A DNA stretch of 64,000 nucleotides, from the NCBI GenBank assembly GCA_963810095.1, contig CAWEMM010000007.1:64001-128000 (forward strand), written 5' to 3'. Source of the DNA: an uncultured Chloroflexia bacterium. Its GTDB lineage: Bacteria > Chloroflexota > Anaerolineae > CG2-30-64-16. A program made the translations under genes and the position numbers. Below, in pieces: positions 29,655-39,785 of the stretch (position 1 is its first letter; every line of letters starts with the position of its first letter). The notes below the pieces were generated by a model. The model searched no databases and was not told the DNA's origin. It was given only the letters and a program-made list of their open reading frames with translations.

Positions 29655-30818
29655 TTACAGGCTCAGCATGATCGCCAGGACGATGCCACCCGCCAGGACG
29701 GACGCGACCTGGCCGGCGGTGTTCGCACCCATAGCGTGCATCAGAAGGAAGTTGTCATAATCTTCCTCGAGCCCAACCCGGTTGACCACCCGGGCGGCCA
29801 TGGGGAACGCACTGATGCCGGCCGCGCCGATCAGCGGATTAAACTTGCCGTGCGTGATGGAGTTCATGAACTTGCCGAACAGTACGCCGGCGCCGGTGTC
29901 GATCCCGAACGCCAGGATGCCCAGCAGCAGGATGATCAGCGTCTGCAGGTTGGCGAAGGACGTGCCCACCATCGTCGCGCCGATGGTCACGCCCAGGAAG
30001 ATCGTCGTAATGTTCGCCAGCTCGTTCGCGGCGGTCTTGACCAGCCGGTCGACCACGCCCGACTCGCGCATGAGGTTGCCGAACATCAGGAAGCCGATCA
30101 AGGGACTGGCTTGCGGTGCGATGAACCCGGTCACCAGCGTGACCATGACGGGGAAGATGATGCGCGCCCGCTTGCTTACCGGCCGCTCGATATAGGGCAT
30201 ACGAATCCGGCGCTCGGACTTCGTCGTGAGCGCGCGCATGATGGGCGGCTGAATGATGGGCACCAGGCTCATGTAGGTATAGGCGGCGACCGCGATGGGC
30301 GCCAGCAGGTGCGGCGCCAGCTTCGATGCGACGAAGATGCTCGTCGGCCCGTCGATCGCGCCGATGATGCCGATCGAGGCGGCCTCGTTCAGCGTAAACA
30401 TCCCGGTCGCCAGCGCGAGCAGCATCACCGCGAAGATGCCGAACTGGCCCGCCGCGCCCACCAGCACCATGCGCGGGTTGGATAGGAGAGGGCCGAAGTC
30501 GGTCATGGCGCCGATGCCAATGAACAGGATGAGGGGAAAGAGTTCTGTCTCGATGCCGGCCTTGTAGAGCGCGTAAAACACGCTGCCCTCGGGAATGTTG
30601 CCCGACATGATCGCTGCCAGGTCCAGGCCCATGCCCGCGCCGGGGATGTTGGCGAGGATCGCGCCCATGCCGATAGGGATCAGCAGGACAGGTTCATATT
30701 CCTTGGCGATGGCGAGGTAAATCAGCACCCCACCGATCACCATCATCAGCAGGTTGGCCCAGTTGAACTGCGTTAGCCCCGAGAAGATGGAGAGAAGGCC
30801 GTCCAGTACGGTCTGCAT
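29655..30818 (-). CDS. Na+-translocating decarboxylase beta subunit (OadB/MmdB family)
   Basis: YEPVLLIPIG, GAMTDFGPL, GAAGQFGIF, IGIIGAIDGPTSIF, YTYMSLVP, GISAFPMAARV, HAMGAN. Confidence 0.92.
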   Translation of the reverse strand: MQTVLDGLLSIFSGLTQFNWANLLMMVIGGVLIYLAIAKEYEPVLLIPIGMGAILANIPGAGMGLDLAAIMSGNIPEGSVFYALYKAGIETELFPLILFIGIGAMTDFGPLLSNPRMVLVGAAGQFGIFAVMLLALATGMFTLNEAASIGIIGAIDGPTSIFVASKLAPHLLAPIAVAAYTYMSLVPIIQPPIMRALTTKSERRIRMPYIERPVSKRARIIFPVMVTLVTGFIAPQASPLIGFLMFGNLMRESGVVDRLVKTAANELANITTIFLGVTIGATMVGTSFANLQTLIILLLGILAFGIDTGAGVLFGKFMNSITHGKFNPLIGAAGISAFPMAARVVNRVGLEEDYDNFLLMHAMGANTAGQVASVLAGGIVLAIMLSL

Positions 30819-30845
30819 CGTTGCTCCGATCTGCCTTGATCGTGC

Positions 30846-31316
30846 CTACGCCAGCCGGACCAGGACGTCGCCGTAGGCCACGTTCTGCCCCGCAGTCACA
30901 TGAACCGCGCCGACGGTGCCGCTGAAACTGACGCGAATCGGGTTCTTCATTTTCATCGCCTCGAGCACGCACACGACCTGGCCCACCTCTACCGGGTCGC
31001 CCACTTTTACCCCAACCGAGAGGATGGTGCCCGGCATCGGTGCGATCACTTCGTGGCCGCTTCCAGAGAGGGCCTCGACCGGCGCGGGCGAGGCCGGCCG
31101 GGCGACGGCCACCCGTGCCATGGGCGGCAGCGACGGGGGCTCCGGCGCGGGCCGCGGTGGTTCCGCCATCTGCGTCGGCTGGACGTTCACCCCGGTTCCC
31201 GATACCTCGACGTCAAACGTCTGCCCGTCGACGACGACTTGCAGGGGCGAGGCGCCCGGGTCCGGAATCTCGACATGGTACTTCTTGCCTTGGACGGTTA
31301 CATCAAACGTTGGCAC
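30846..31316 (-). CDS. Biotin carboxyl carrier subunit
   Basis: APMPG..LEAMKMKN biotinylation motif after a Pro/Ala-rich linker. Confidence 0.9.
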   Translation of the reverse strand: MPTFDVTVQGKKYHVEIPDPGASPLQVVVDGQTFDVEVSGTGVNVQPTQMAEPPRPAPEPPSLPPMARVAVARPASPAPVEALSGSGHEVIAPMPGTILSVGVKVGDPVEVGQVVCVLEAMKMKNPIRVSFSGTVGAVHVTAGQNVAYGDVLVRLA

Positions 31317-31336
31317 GGTAGTCCCTTTCTGAGAGG

Positions 31337-31432
31337 GAATGGGGCGCTGAGCGAACTGATTGAACCGAACCGCATCCTTCTGAGGGTCGGATCAGGCAGA
31401 CCGGTTCTATCTGTTGAATCTGCGTCCTATTC
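31337..31432. repeat. ~96-bp hairpin element, copy 2
   Basis: GAATGGGGCGCTGA..AATCTGCGTCCTATTC; same length as copy 1. Confidence 0.65.
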
Positions 31433-31828
31433 TTCAACCCGCGGTGGCTGCCAGGTTTGCAGCGTGCGTGCGCGGTTGCCCGTCACCCACGACGGCGCAA
31501 TGCGGCCGTGCTCGAACGCGGGCCCACCGGTGGGCGGCTGGAACAGGAGCGGCAGCGCGTTGGACAGCAGGGCCGCCGCCACCATCGCTGCCACCCGCCC
31601 GCGTTCCTCGGTCAGTTCCACAGCGGCTTCGAGCGCGGCCTGGGCTTCGGCCACGTCGGCCTCTTCGAGCACCATGCTGAGTTCACGCGCCGGCTCCTCT
31701 TTGTCCGCAAATACCTTCGTCAGAAGCCGTGTGAGGCCCCACAGCAGCGCCAGCGCGGCAAACACCAGCGTCATGCCGATCGCCGCGATCACCAGCCCTT
31801 GCTGCATGGGTGTTAAGGATGAAAGCAC
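31427..31828 (-). CDS. OadG/MmdD-like small membrane subunit
   Basis: Single TM GLVIAAIGMTLVFAALALL, then VAAMVAAAL and a SW..GNR tail; lies between the alpha and biotin-carrier genes. Confidence 0.75.
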   Translation of the reverse strand: MLSSLTPMQQGLVIAAIGMTLVFAALALLWGLTRLLTKVFADKEEPARELSMVLEEADVAEAQAALEAAVELTEERGRVAAMVAAALLSNALPLLFQPPTGGPAFEHGRIAPSWVTGNRARTLQTWQPPRVEE

Positions 31829-31843
31829 GTTTTCCCCCAGTTT

Positions 31844-31941
31844 GAATGGGACGCTGATTGGATTGATCTGACTGATTCTGATGATTTCACAGGGCGAAGA
31901 TCGTGAGAATCAGTCTCATCAGTTCGATCTGTGTCCTATTC
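31844..31941. repeat. ~98-bp hairpin element, copy 3
   Basis: GAATGGGACGCTGATT..GATCTGTGTCCTATTC. Confidence 0.65.
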
Positions 31942-31945
31942 CTGC

Positions 31946-33490
31946 TCACAGCGGCATGCAGCCGTGCTTCTTCGCCGGGTTGCTGGCCACCTTGGAGCGC
32001 AGGATTTCGAGCGCGTTGACCAGGCGCAGGCGGGTGAAGCTTGGTTCGATCACTTCGTCGATCTGGCCCATATCCGCCGCGGCATACGGGTTGTGGAAGC
32101 GGTCGACGTAATCCTGCAGCAATTGTTTGCGCAGCGCGATGGGATCGGCGGCCTTGCGCAGCTCTTCCCGGTAGAGGATGTTGATCGCGCCTTCCGGCCC
32201 CATCACCGCAATCTCGGCGCTCGGCCAGGCGTAGGCCAGGTCCGTGCGCATCTGCTTGCTGCTCATGGCGATGTAGGCGCCGCCCATGGCCTTGCGGATG
32301 ACCACGCTGACCTTGGGCACGGTCGCCTCGCAGTAGGCGTAGATCACCTTCGCACCGTGGCGGATGATGCCGCCGTGCTCCTGCGCGACGCCGGGCATGT
32401 AGCCGGGGGTGTCGACGAAGGTGATGATCGGCAGATTGAACGCGTCGCAGAAGCGCACCCAGCGCGCGATTTTGTCCGAGGAGTCGATGTCGAGCACGCC
32501 GGCCAGGGACATGGGCTGGTTGGCCACCACGCCCACCGGGAAACCGTCGAGACGGGCCAGGCCGATCAAGGCGTTCTTGGCGTAGTGTGCGTGAACCTCG
32601 AGGAAGCTGCCGCGATCGAACACGCTCGAGATGACCTGCCGCATGTCGTACGGCTGGCTCGAGTCCTCCGGCACCAGCCGGTCGAGCATGTCGTCGCGGC
32701 GGCCCGGGTCGTCGTAGGGCTGAACCCGCGGCGGGTCCTCGCTGTTGTTCTGGGGCAGATATGAGAGGATTTCCTTCACGAGACGGAACGCGGCCATCTC
32801 GTCGTCGGCCGCGAAGTGCGCCACGCCGGAAAGCGTGTTGTGGGCCACCGCGCCGCCGAGCGTGTCGAAGTCGACCTGCTCGCCCGTGACCGCCTTGATC
32901 ACGTCCGGCCCGGTAATGAACATGTAGCCGGTCTTGCGGACCATGACGATGAAGTCGGTCAGTGCGGGCGAATAGACCGCACCGCCCGCGCAGGGGCCCA
33001 TCTGCACGCTGATCTGGGGCACCACGCCCGAGGCCATGACGTTGCGCACGAAGAGCTCGCCGTACGCGGCCAGCGACCGCACGCCCTCCTGGATGCGCGC
33101 GCCGCCCGAGTCGAGCAGCCCGACGACGGGGATGCCGCTCTCCATCGCCAGCTCCATCACGCGGCAGACCTTCTGCGATTGCACTTCGGAGAAGGAGCCG
33201 CCCAAGATGGTGAAGTCCTGCGCGTAGACAGCGACCCGCCGGCCGTCGATTTTCGCAAACCCGGTCACAACGCCGTCGCCGGGGAAGCGCTTCTCGTCCA
33301 TCCCGAAGTCGCTGAAGTGGTGGGTGGCAAGCCGGCCCAGTTCCTGGAACGTGCCCGAATCGACGAGCGCCTCGATGCGCTCGCGGGCGGTCAGCTTGCC
33401 CCGGTTGTGCTGGTCGTCGATGCGGGCCTGTCCGCCGCCCAACTTGGCCTTGGCGCGCATGTCGCGCAGTTCCGTGAGTTTATCCTTCAT
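31946..33490 (-). CDS. Carboxyltransferase (methylmalonyl-CoA decarboxylase alpha / acyl-CoA carboxylase beta family)
   Basis: GKLTARERI, DSGGARIQEG, GPCAGGAVYSPALTDF, FVDTPGY, IIRHGAK, KKHGCMPL. Confidence 0.92.
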   Translation of the reverse strand: MKDKLTELRDMRAKAKLGGGQARIDDQHNRGKLTARERIEALVDSGTFQELGRLATHHFSDFGMDEKRFPGDGVVTGFAKIDGRRVAVYAQDFTILGGSFSEVQSQKVCRVMELAMESGIPVVGLLDSGGARIQEGVRSLAAYGELFVRNVMASGVVPQISVQMGPCAGGAVYSPALTDFIVMVRKTGYMFITGPDVIKAVTGEQVDFDTLGGAVAHNTLSGVAHFAADDEMAAFRLVKEILSYLPQNNSEDPPRVQPYDDPGRRDDMLDRLVPEDSSQPYDMRQVISSVFDRGSFLEVHAHYAKNALIGLARLDGFPVGVVANQPMSLAGVLDIDSSDKIARWVRFCDAFNLPIITFVDTPGYMPGVAQEHGGIIRHGAKVIYAYCEATVPKVSVVIRKAMGGAYIAMSSKQMRTDLAYAWPSAEIAVMGPEGAINILYREELRKAADPIALRKQLLQDYVDRFHNPYAAADMGQIDEVIEPSFTRLRLVNALEILRSKVASNPAKKHGCMPL

Positions 33491-33575
33491 ATGAGAGCCC
33501 TTTTCTTGCCGCCGTGGGACTGAGTGTGCTATAATGCCGGTATCGGTCAGACACGGCCGATACCGCACCGTTGCT

Positions 33576-33662
33576 GGAGAGGTCGCATAGTTGGCCTAGT
33601 GCGCGCGTCTCGAAAACGCGTATCCTCGAAAGGGATCGTGGGTTCGAATCCCACCCTCTCCG
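33576..33662 (+). tRNA. tRNA-Ser (CGA)
   Basis: GGAGAGG acceptor stem, anticodon arm CGCGT-CTCGAAA-ACGCG, long variable arm, GGTTCGAATCC; CCA not encoded. Confidence 0.95.
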
Positions 33663-33693
33663 CTCATGTAGCGCAAGTGCGCTACAAAGAATG

Positions 33694-33722
33694 AAGAACC
33701 CCACCATGCGTGGGGTTTCTTT
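33694..33722 (+). terminator. Probable intrinsic terminator after tRNA-Ser(CGA)
   Basis: AAGAACCCCAC-CATGC-GTGGGGTTTCTTT. Confidence 0.6.
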
Positions 33723-34060
33723 GTTAAGGCCGTCCGTTTTTCCGACATCGAGTTTCCTTGGCGACCGCATTGTCGGGTCCTATTCTAGCGACGGAAGGCA
33801 CGAGGGGCTATGACCATCATCATAAGGAGCGCAGTTCTTCCAAAGAAGTCGGGCACCCGGGGTCCAAAGCCCTGGCGGCGCCGGCGGGTATGCGCTGACC
33901 TCACCTTTGGTCCGTGATATTCACAAATGTCGCACTTGTCCGTATCTATTTCGATACTCCGACGTTCGTTATCTCAGCCAATGCTGCAGCCGCAGGCTTG
34001 CGTGCCAGCCACACTCACGGTTAGCCGGCGGGACGGAGACGGTTCTCCGAGCCGCGCGGC

Positions 34061-34441
34061 GTGAAAGACAACTCCGTGACGGTACGACTCATGCTCGTGG
34101 ACGACTCGCCGTTTATCCGGAAGGGACTGCGGCTGCTGCTGCAGACGCAGCCGGACTTTGTCGTCGTGGGTGAGGCCAGCGACGGGGCGGCTGCCGTGCA
34201 TCTTTCCAGGGTGCTCCAGCCCGATGTCATCCTGATGGACGTCCACATGCCGGGCGTCAACGGCATCGCCGCGACGACGCAGATCATGGCTGCCGATCCT
34301 TCTGCCCGGGTTGTGATCCTCTCTGTCGAAGACAGCGACGAGTCTCGGGCGCGGGCCGCCGAAGCCGGGGCCTCTGCCTTCCTCGGCAAATCGGGCAGGG
34401 CCGAGGAGTTGTGGGGAGCGATCCGGGCCGCGATTGGCTGA
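34061..34441 (+). CDS. Stand-alone response regulator receiver domain
   Basis: LMLVDDSP..VVGEASDG..PDVILMDVHMPGVNG..VVILS..FLGK; no output domain. Confidence 0.8.
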   Translation: MKDNSVTVRLMLVDDSPFIRKGLRLLLQTQPDFVVVGEASDGAAAVHLSRVLQPDVILMDVHMPGVNGIAATTQIMAADPSARVVILSVEDSDESRARAAEAGASAFLGKSGRAEELWGAIRAAIG

Positions 34442-34477
34442 GGCCATCATGCTGGACGATCTCCATGGTCCGGGGGA

Positions 34478-35127
34478 TCACCGGGTCCGGTGCGCTTGGG
34501 CCTTCTTATCGGCAATGATGGCGTAGCGTTCGTCAGTTACGCGCTTGCCCCACAACTCCAGCCTATCGCTCAATGGCTCGGCCGCGACCAACCTAACCGA
34601 GCGCGGGAGTTCTGCGATCAGCGTGTCTTCTGGTATTCCCGCCCCGGCTGACCAGTTACCCTCAATCAGAACAAGCCGTCCTGCGGGCCGCAGCAGGCCG
34701 GTCCACCGGTCGAGCACCCGCTCTGGCTCAGGCAGCGCCCACAGCACGTGGCGGCACACGATCACATCGAACGACGCCTCCGGCAACCTCGGGGCCGCGG
34801 CGTCCATGACCAGGAAGCGCGGGGGGTTGGGGAAGCCCGCCGCCTTGGCCGCAGCCCGCTCGATCATGGCGGGCGAGAAGTCGATGCCCGTCACGGCATG
34901 GCCCAGGTGCGCGAGCACGAGGCTGAGCGATCCTGTGCCGCAGCCCACGTCGAGCACGGCCGCCGGCGCGGATTGGGCAGCCAATCCCGCAGCAACTCCG
35001 TCCACGCGTGCAGCACCTGCGGGTCGCGGAGCCCGTGGTCAGGCTCGTCGTCGAACGTTGCGGCGGCCGCGTCCCAGTACCGCTGCGCATCCGATCTCCG
35101 GTCCCCATCGCGTCCGTTTCCATTCAT
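34478..35127 (-). CDS. Class I SAM-dependent methyltransferase; apparent frameshift near 34980
   Basis: YWDAAAATFDDEPDHGL N-terminus; VLDVGCGTG, GIDFSPAM, FDVIVCRHVLW, LRPAGRL. Confidence 0.8.
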
Positions 35128-35233
35128 TGCGTCCTCCGCGAATCTCGTCCACAGTCTCGCAACGCCGCACGTCCGCCCCCCGCGCCCTCGCGGCCTTGAC
35201 GAATCCCTTCTCTCGGGCTACAGTCACCGGCCT

Positions 35234-35759
35234 ATGGAGAACCCACCCGTGCTGTACATTTTCGGCGGCCTGCCCGGCACAGGCAAATCGACCCTCGCGC
35301 GCCGCCTCGCGCTCCGCCTTCACGCCATCCACCTGCGCATCGACACCATCGAGCAGGCCATCCGTGAGGCGGGGGGTGCTGTCACTGGCGGCGAGGGATA
35401 CAACGTCGCTTACCGCCTCGCTGCGGACAACTTGCGCCTCGGGTTCAGCGTCGTCGCCGACTCTGTCAACCCCTGGCCGCTCACGCGGGCGGCGTGGCGG
35501 GGCGTGGCACTCGAGCGCGGGTGCCCGCTACGTCGAAATCGAAGTCGTCTGCTCCGATCCGCTCGAGCACCGCCACCGCGTCGAGACGCGGACAGCGGAT
35601 ATCGATGACTTCCGGCTGCCAAGCTGGGACGACGTCGTCAACCGGGATTACCGGCTCTGGGACGACGAGCACATCACCCTCGATACAGCCGGTCAGGCTG
35701 CGGACGAGAGCTTCGCAAGCCTGGTGCTCGCCTTGGGCGATCAGGCCTCAACCCCCTGA
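35234..35759 (+). CDS. AAA_33-type small P-loop kinase; apparent frameshift near 35520
   Basis: FGGLPGTGKSTLAR, HLRIDTIE, VVADSVNP; other frame continues IEVVCSD..EHRHRVE..LDTA. Confidence 0.78.
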
Positions 35760-36268
35760 ATCTCCGGCGTAATCGCCGAAGGGGGTAAGTCCTGCTTAGG
35801 AATAACGCTGAAGCTCCCGTCGCTTTCGAGGATGATGGCCTCAATCTCCTCCATTGCACCGTGGCCCTTCTCGCGCACGGCCTCGCGTACCTCTTCCTCG
35901 GTGACGCGCTGCTTCTTGAGCGCCTCGTCCAGCATCCGCCCGTTGCGATAGAGCAGGGTCGGGCTGTGCTTGAACAGCCGGTGCGCCGTCTTCGACCGGG
36001 CGGAAAGGAGTGACACAAGGCCCTGCAGCAGGAACAGCAGGACATACACGGTGATACCCTGGGCCAGGGACACCTCAGGGTTGAGCACCGTGTCCGCGAA
36101 CGTGGTTCCGAGCGCAGTCATCACCAAAAGCTCGAACCCGCTCATCTTTGCCAGGGTCCGCTTGCCCGTCATGCGCAGGATCGCGATCACAATCGGGTAC
36201 AGGCACAGCGTCATCACCGCGGTCCGTAACAGCTTGTCCCAGCCGTTAAAGAACAACTCCCCGTTCAT
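35741..36268 (-). CDS. DUF421 (YetF-like) membrane protein
   Basis: LRMTGKRTLAKMSGFE, PTLLYRNG, AIILESDGSFSVI. Confidence 0.85.
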   Translation of the reverse strand: MNGELFFNGWDKLLRTAVMTLCLYPIVIAILRMTGKRTLAKMSGFELLVMTALGTTFADTVLNPEVSLAQGITVYVLLFLLQGLVSLLSARSKTAHRLFKHSPTLLYRNGRMLDEALKKQRVTEEEVREAVREKGHGAMEEIEAIILESDGSFSVIPKQDLPPSAITPEIQGVEA

Positions 36269-36429
36269 GCTCCCTCCACAACTTCTACAACCAGGTTGAA
36301 GGATGGCAACGAGCATTGACCATCGCTGGTTCCCCCAAGGAGAGGCGTCCTATGCGGCATCACTCCGCACCCGATTTGGCTGGTGTCGCACCGTGCCCCA
36401 GCGCGTTCTCCCATCGACTTCCAGCCCAT

Positions 36430-36460
36430 TTGACATAGTTGGTGTAACTTAAGTTATAAT
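36430..36460 (+). promoter_or_regulatory. sigma70 promoter with 19-bp spacer and dyad (MerR-family-type)
   Basis: TTGACA 36430-36435 and TATAAT 36455-36460, 19 bp apart; imperfect dyad ACATAGTT..AACTTAAGT. Confidence 0.7.
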
Positions 36461-36468
36461 ATTCTCCC

Positions 36469-37698
36469 ATGAACGAGATTCTCCTCGCTTTTGTCACCGG
36501 TCTCACAACAGGTGGCCTCAGTTGTCTTGCCGTCCAGGGCGGGTTGCTGGCGGGCTCAATTGCGCACGAGGTCGAGCAGAACGTGGCCGGCGTGCCTATC
36601 CCAGTGCCCGCGGACACGGGCAAGAAGCCACAGCGCAAAGATGGCGCGCCGCCGGCCAAGGGGAAGCGGTACGCGGCAAGCAGCGCGGCGATTCCCGCTG
36701 CGCAAGCCCCTGTCGAGCGTCCACGCGCCGCCCGCCCCATCGTCCTCTTCCTGGGCGCGAAGGTCATTGCCTATACGGCGCTGGGCTTTTTGCTGGGCCT
36801 GCTCGGCTCGGTTTTCCAACTGACCACGACGATGCGGGTGGCCTTGCAGGTCGGCATCGGCATCTTTATGGTCGGCAATGCGCTGCGGATGCTCGACGTG
36901 CACCCGATCTTCCGCTATTTCGCACTGGAACCACCGCGCTTCATCACCCGCTACATCCGCCGCAAGTCAAAGGGTGAGGTGACGGACGCTACGCCCATCT
37001 TCCTCGGCGCGATGACCGTTCTCATTCCGTGCGGGGTGACCCAGGCAATGATGGCCGTGGCGATCGCATCGGGCAGCCCGGTTGTCGGCGCGACCACCAT
37101 GTTTGCGTTCACGCTCGGCACGACGCCCGTGTTCTTTGCCTTGGCCTACCTGGCCACCCGGCTGGGCCAGCGGATGGAGAAGAGCTTCATGCGGGTGGCC
37201 GCAATCGTCGTGCTCGTGCTCGGATTGATCAGCATCGACGCGGCGCTCACACTGGCGGGCTTCCCCTACTCGGTTACGAATCTGCGGATGGCGATGCGAG
37301 CGAACTCGGCGCCCGCGGCCGTGGTGGAGAACGAGCGCCCGCTGCACGCCGACCCGCTGGCGGCTGCTCCAACGCCGGGCGCCGCGGGCGCGGGCGGACT
37401 CACCTCGGCCTTCGGTGCGCAAGCAGGACCGGGCACGGTCGTCATCAATGTGAACAGCGACGGCTACTCCCCGCAGGTCGCGCGCGCCCAGGCGAACGTG
37501 CCCGTAAAGCTCAACATGGTGAGCAAGGAGACGTACAGCTGCGCCCGGGCGCTGGTCATCCCGGCGCTGAACGTGCAGGAACTCCTGCCCGAATCGGGCA
37601 CGGTCACCATCGACATTCCGCCGCAGCCCGCCGGCAGCAAGCTGTTCTACAGCTGCTCCATGGGCATGTACAGCGGCGTCATCGTATTCGAGGGGTGA
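36469..37698 (+). CDS. DsbD_2/TauE-like membrane protein with C-terminal cupredoxin-like domain
   Basis: GGLSCLAVQGG, LIPCGVTQ, FTLGTTP TM region; GYSPQ..YSC..FYSCSMGMYSG. Confidence 0.8.
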   Translation: MNEILLAFVTGLTTGGLSCLAVQGGLLAGSIAHEVEQNVAGVPIPVPADTGKKPQRKDGAPPAKGKRYAASSAAIPAAQAPVERPRAARPIVLFLGAKVIAYTALGFLLGLLGSVFQLTTTMRVALQVGIGIFMVGNALRMLDVHPIFRYFALEPPRFITRYIRRKSKGEVTDATPIFLGAMTVLIPCGVTQAMMAVAIASGSPVVGATTMFAFTLGTTPVFFALAYLATRLGQRMEKSFMRVAAIVVLVLGLISIDAALTLAGFPYSVTNLRMAMRANSAPAAVVENERPLHADPLAAAPTPGAAGAGGLTSAFGAQAGPGTVVINVNSDGYSPQVARAQANVPVKLNMVSKETYSCARALVIPALNVQELLPESGTVTIDIPPQPAGSKLFYSCSMGMYSGVIVFEG

Positions 37699-37705
37699 GT
37701 GAGAG

Positions 37706-37912
37706 ATGGTGAAGCAGGTCTTCCGGGTGTTGGATATGCATTGCACGAACTGCGTGATGACGATCGAAGGGCTCGAGGACGACTTGCCCGGCGTCAAGTC
37801 CGTGCGGGCCAGCTACCAGCGAGGCACGGTCGAGGTGGAGTACGACGAGAAGCGGCTGACCGAGGCGAAGATCAGGGAATCCATCACGGGATTGGGCTAC
37901 ACCGTCGCCTGA
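37706..37912 (+). CDS. Heavy-metal-associated (CopZ-like) chaperone
   Basis: DMHCTNC metal motif and LGY C-terminus, 68 aa. Confidence 0.85.
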   Translation: MVKQVFRVLDMHCTNCVMTIEGLEDDLPGVKSVRASYQRGTVEVEYDEKRLTEAKIRESITGLGYTVA

Positions 37913-37969
37913 AGGCTTAGCCCCTCATGCGAAACACCGGCCGGAAGGGAGCACGCGCTCCTTCCGGCC

Positions 37970-39643
37970 TTATTTTATCCTGTACAGCACCGCGAGCCCT
38001 GCCCCCGCATCCACTGCCGCGACGAACTCCAGCTCGGCCGGCGCTTGGGCCGGGTCGAGCAGCGCGGCAAGCTGGGGCCGCAGCTTGACCTCGTTCTGAT
38101 CTACCGCGATGAACTGTGCGCCCTTGCGACGGGCGTACGCCAGCACTTCGTCCCAGCTTGCCGCGGGCGTCGGCGCCCACGCCGCATTCGCATGGAAGGC
38201 GATCGCTGGGTAGCGGGCGAGCAGCCGCACTTCGCCGCCCCCCGCCGCCTCGGCCAGCTTTTGTGCAATGGCGAGGTGGGCCGGCTGGAACGAGCCTGTG
38301 ACCTGCAGCCGCGCCCGCAGGCGCGGCCCGTCGAACAGCAGGAACGCCAGGAGTAGGACGAGCGGCACCGCGGTCCACGCCCAATGCAGCGCCTTGGCGT
38401 CCCTCGAGGGACGCACCAACGCACCCACCGACTGGCCCAGCCAGTCTCCTAGCTGCACGATTCCCCCGGCAATCCAGACGATGGCAGGCAGAAGCGCGAC
38501 GGCGATGTACCGGTCCTGGATGAAGAAGGGCAGGAAGCTGAGCGCGCCGACCAGCGAAGTGATGAGCATGAGCTCGCCGCGCAGCCGGCGCAGGCTCCAC
38601 GCCCGGGCAAACAGGCCGAGGGCGATCAGGGGCAGCAGCCACCAGTGAACGAGCCGGGGGCTGATGAGGGTCTGGACGAAGTCGCGGACGTTGGTGCGGA
38701 CGAGCCTGACGAACCCGCGGGGGTCGGCGGCGATCGCGCGGGGCAGGCTCTCGCTTTCGCTCGCGGGTGAGAACAGGTACACCTCGCCGCTCGCCGGGTC
38801 GATGCCCCAGGTCGCCTTATCGAACGTTGCCATGTCGTTCGTGGCGAGGCTGCGCGCGCTGACGTAGGCCGCGCCCGACTCGTCGGCCAACTGCCATTGG
38901 CCGGTTTCCGCATGCATGGCGAGGACGTACGGCGTGATGACCAGTCCGAATGCAAGGAGTGCCAGCCCCGCGCCGGCCAGGCTCGCGGCCAGGGGCCGGC
39001 GCACGGGCGTATCGTGGGGGCGGAGGAATACGGAGATCAGGACCGCGACGGCCAGCCCGGCCGCCAGCAGGATGAGGGCCTCCGTGCGTACGAGGTAGGC
39101 GAGCCCAAGCGCCGCGCCCGCGAGGATCATAAGATGGGCCTTGCCGTCCTGCACCGCGGCGACGAGCGCCCACCACGCACACGCGACGAGCAGCAGGTAG
39201 AGCGGCTCGGTCATGGTGCCCCAATAGAGCGGCCCCACGACGAGCGCGGGGAAGACCGCCGCAACGAGCCCGGCAGCGAGTCCGGCGGCTTCGCCCGACA
39301 GCCGGCGCGCGATGCCCCAGGCGGGCAGCACCAGCAGTGCGCCGCAGAGGACATGTAGCGCGTCGCTGCCCACCATCAAAGCGTGTGTTCCCGAAATGCC
39401 GAACAGCCCGGCGATCTTTGCCAGGACGGCTGCGGCAAGCGGGAAGAGCGGCGCAAAGTGCACGCCCGAAATCCCGAAGAATTGGTAGCCCTGCCCCTCC
39501 AGAAGGCTGCGCCCCAGCCAGAGGTAGAACGGCTCGTCGCCCCAGACGATGCGCGACTGGGCGGCGGCATAAATGCGGACGGCGGCGGCGAGCAGCACAA
39601 GCAAGGCAAGCAGCCACCGGCGGCGTGTTTGGGTCAAGGTCAT
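37970..39643 (-). CDS. GT39/ArnT-like membrane glycosyltransferase
   Basis: WGDEPFY, HFAPLFP, TEPLY, LAYLVRTE; multi-TM. Confidence 0.72.
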   Translation of the reverse strand: MTLTQTRRRWLLALLVLLAAAVRIYAAAQSRIVWGDEPFYLWLGRSLLEGQGYQFFGISGVHFAPLFPLAAAVLAKIAGLFGISGTHALMVGSDALHVLCGALLVLPAWGIARRLSGEAAGLAAGLVAAVFPALVVGPLYWGTMTEPLYLLLVACAWWALVAAVQDGKAHLMILAGAALGLAYLVRTEALILLAAGLAVAVLISVFLRPHDTPVRRPLAASLAGAGLALLAFGLVITPYVLAMHAETGQWQLADESGAAYVSARSLATNDMATFDKATWGIDPASGEVYLFSPASESESLPRAIAADPRGFVRLVRTNVRDFVQTLISPRLVHWWLLPLIALGLFARAWSLRRLRGELMLITSLVGALSFLPFFIQDRYIAVALLPAIVWIAGGIVQLGDWLGQSVGALVRPSRDAKALHWAWTAVPLVLLLAFLLFDGPRLRARLQVTGSFQPAHLAIAQKLAEAAGGGEVRLLARYPAIAFHANAAWAPTPAASWDEVLAYARRKGAQFIAVDQNEVKLRPQLAALLDPAQAPAELEFVAAVDAGAGLAVLYRIK

Positions 39644-39785
39644 GGTGTGAGTTGAGGCTCCTGTCCTGTTAGGAGAATGATAACCCGTGGAGGACATCAG
39701 GTGGAAATTCGTCTTGGACGGTTTGGGCATATAATCCCATCTATCAGCGCACCGGTTTCCTCGACAACACACCTGGGAGCGTTCT

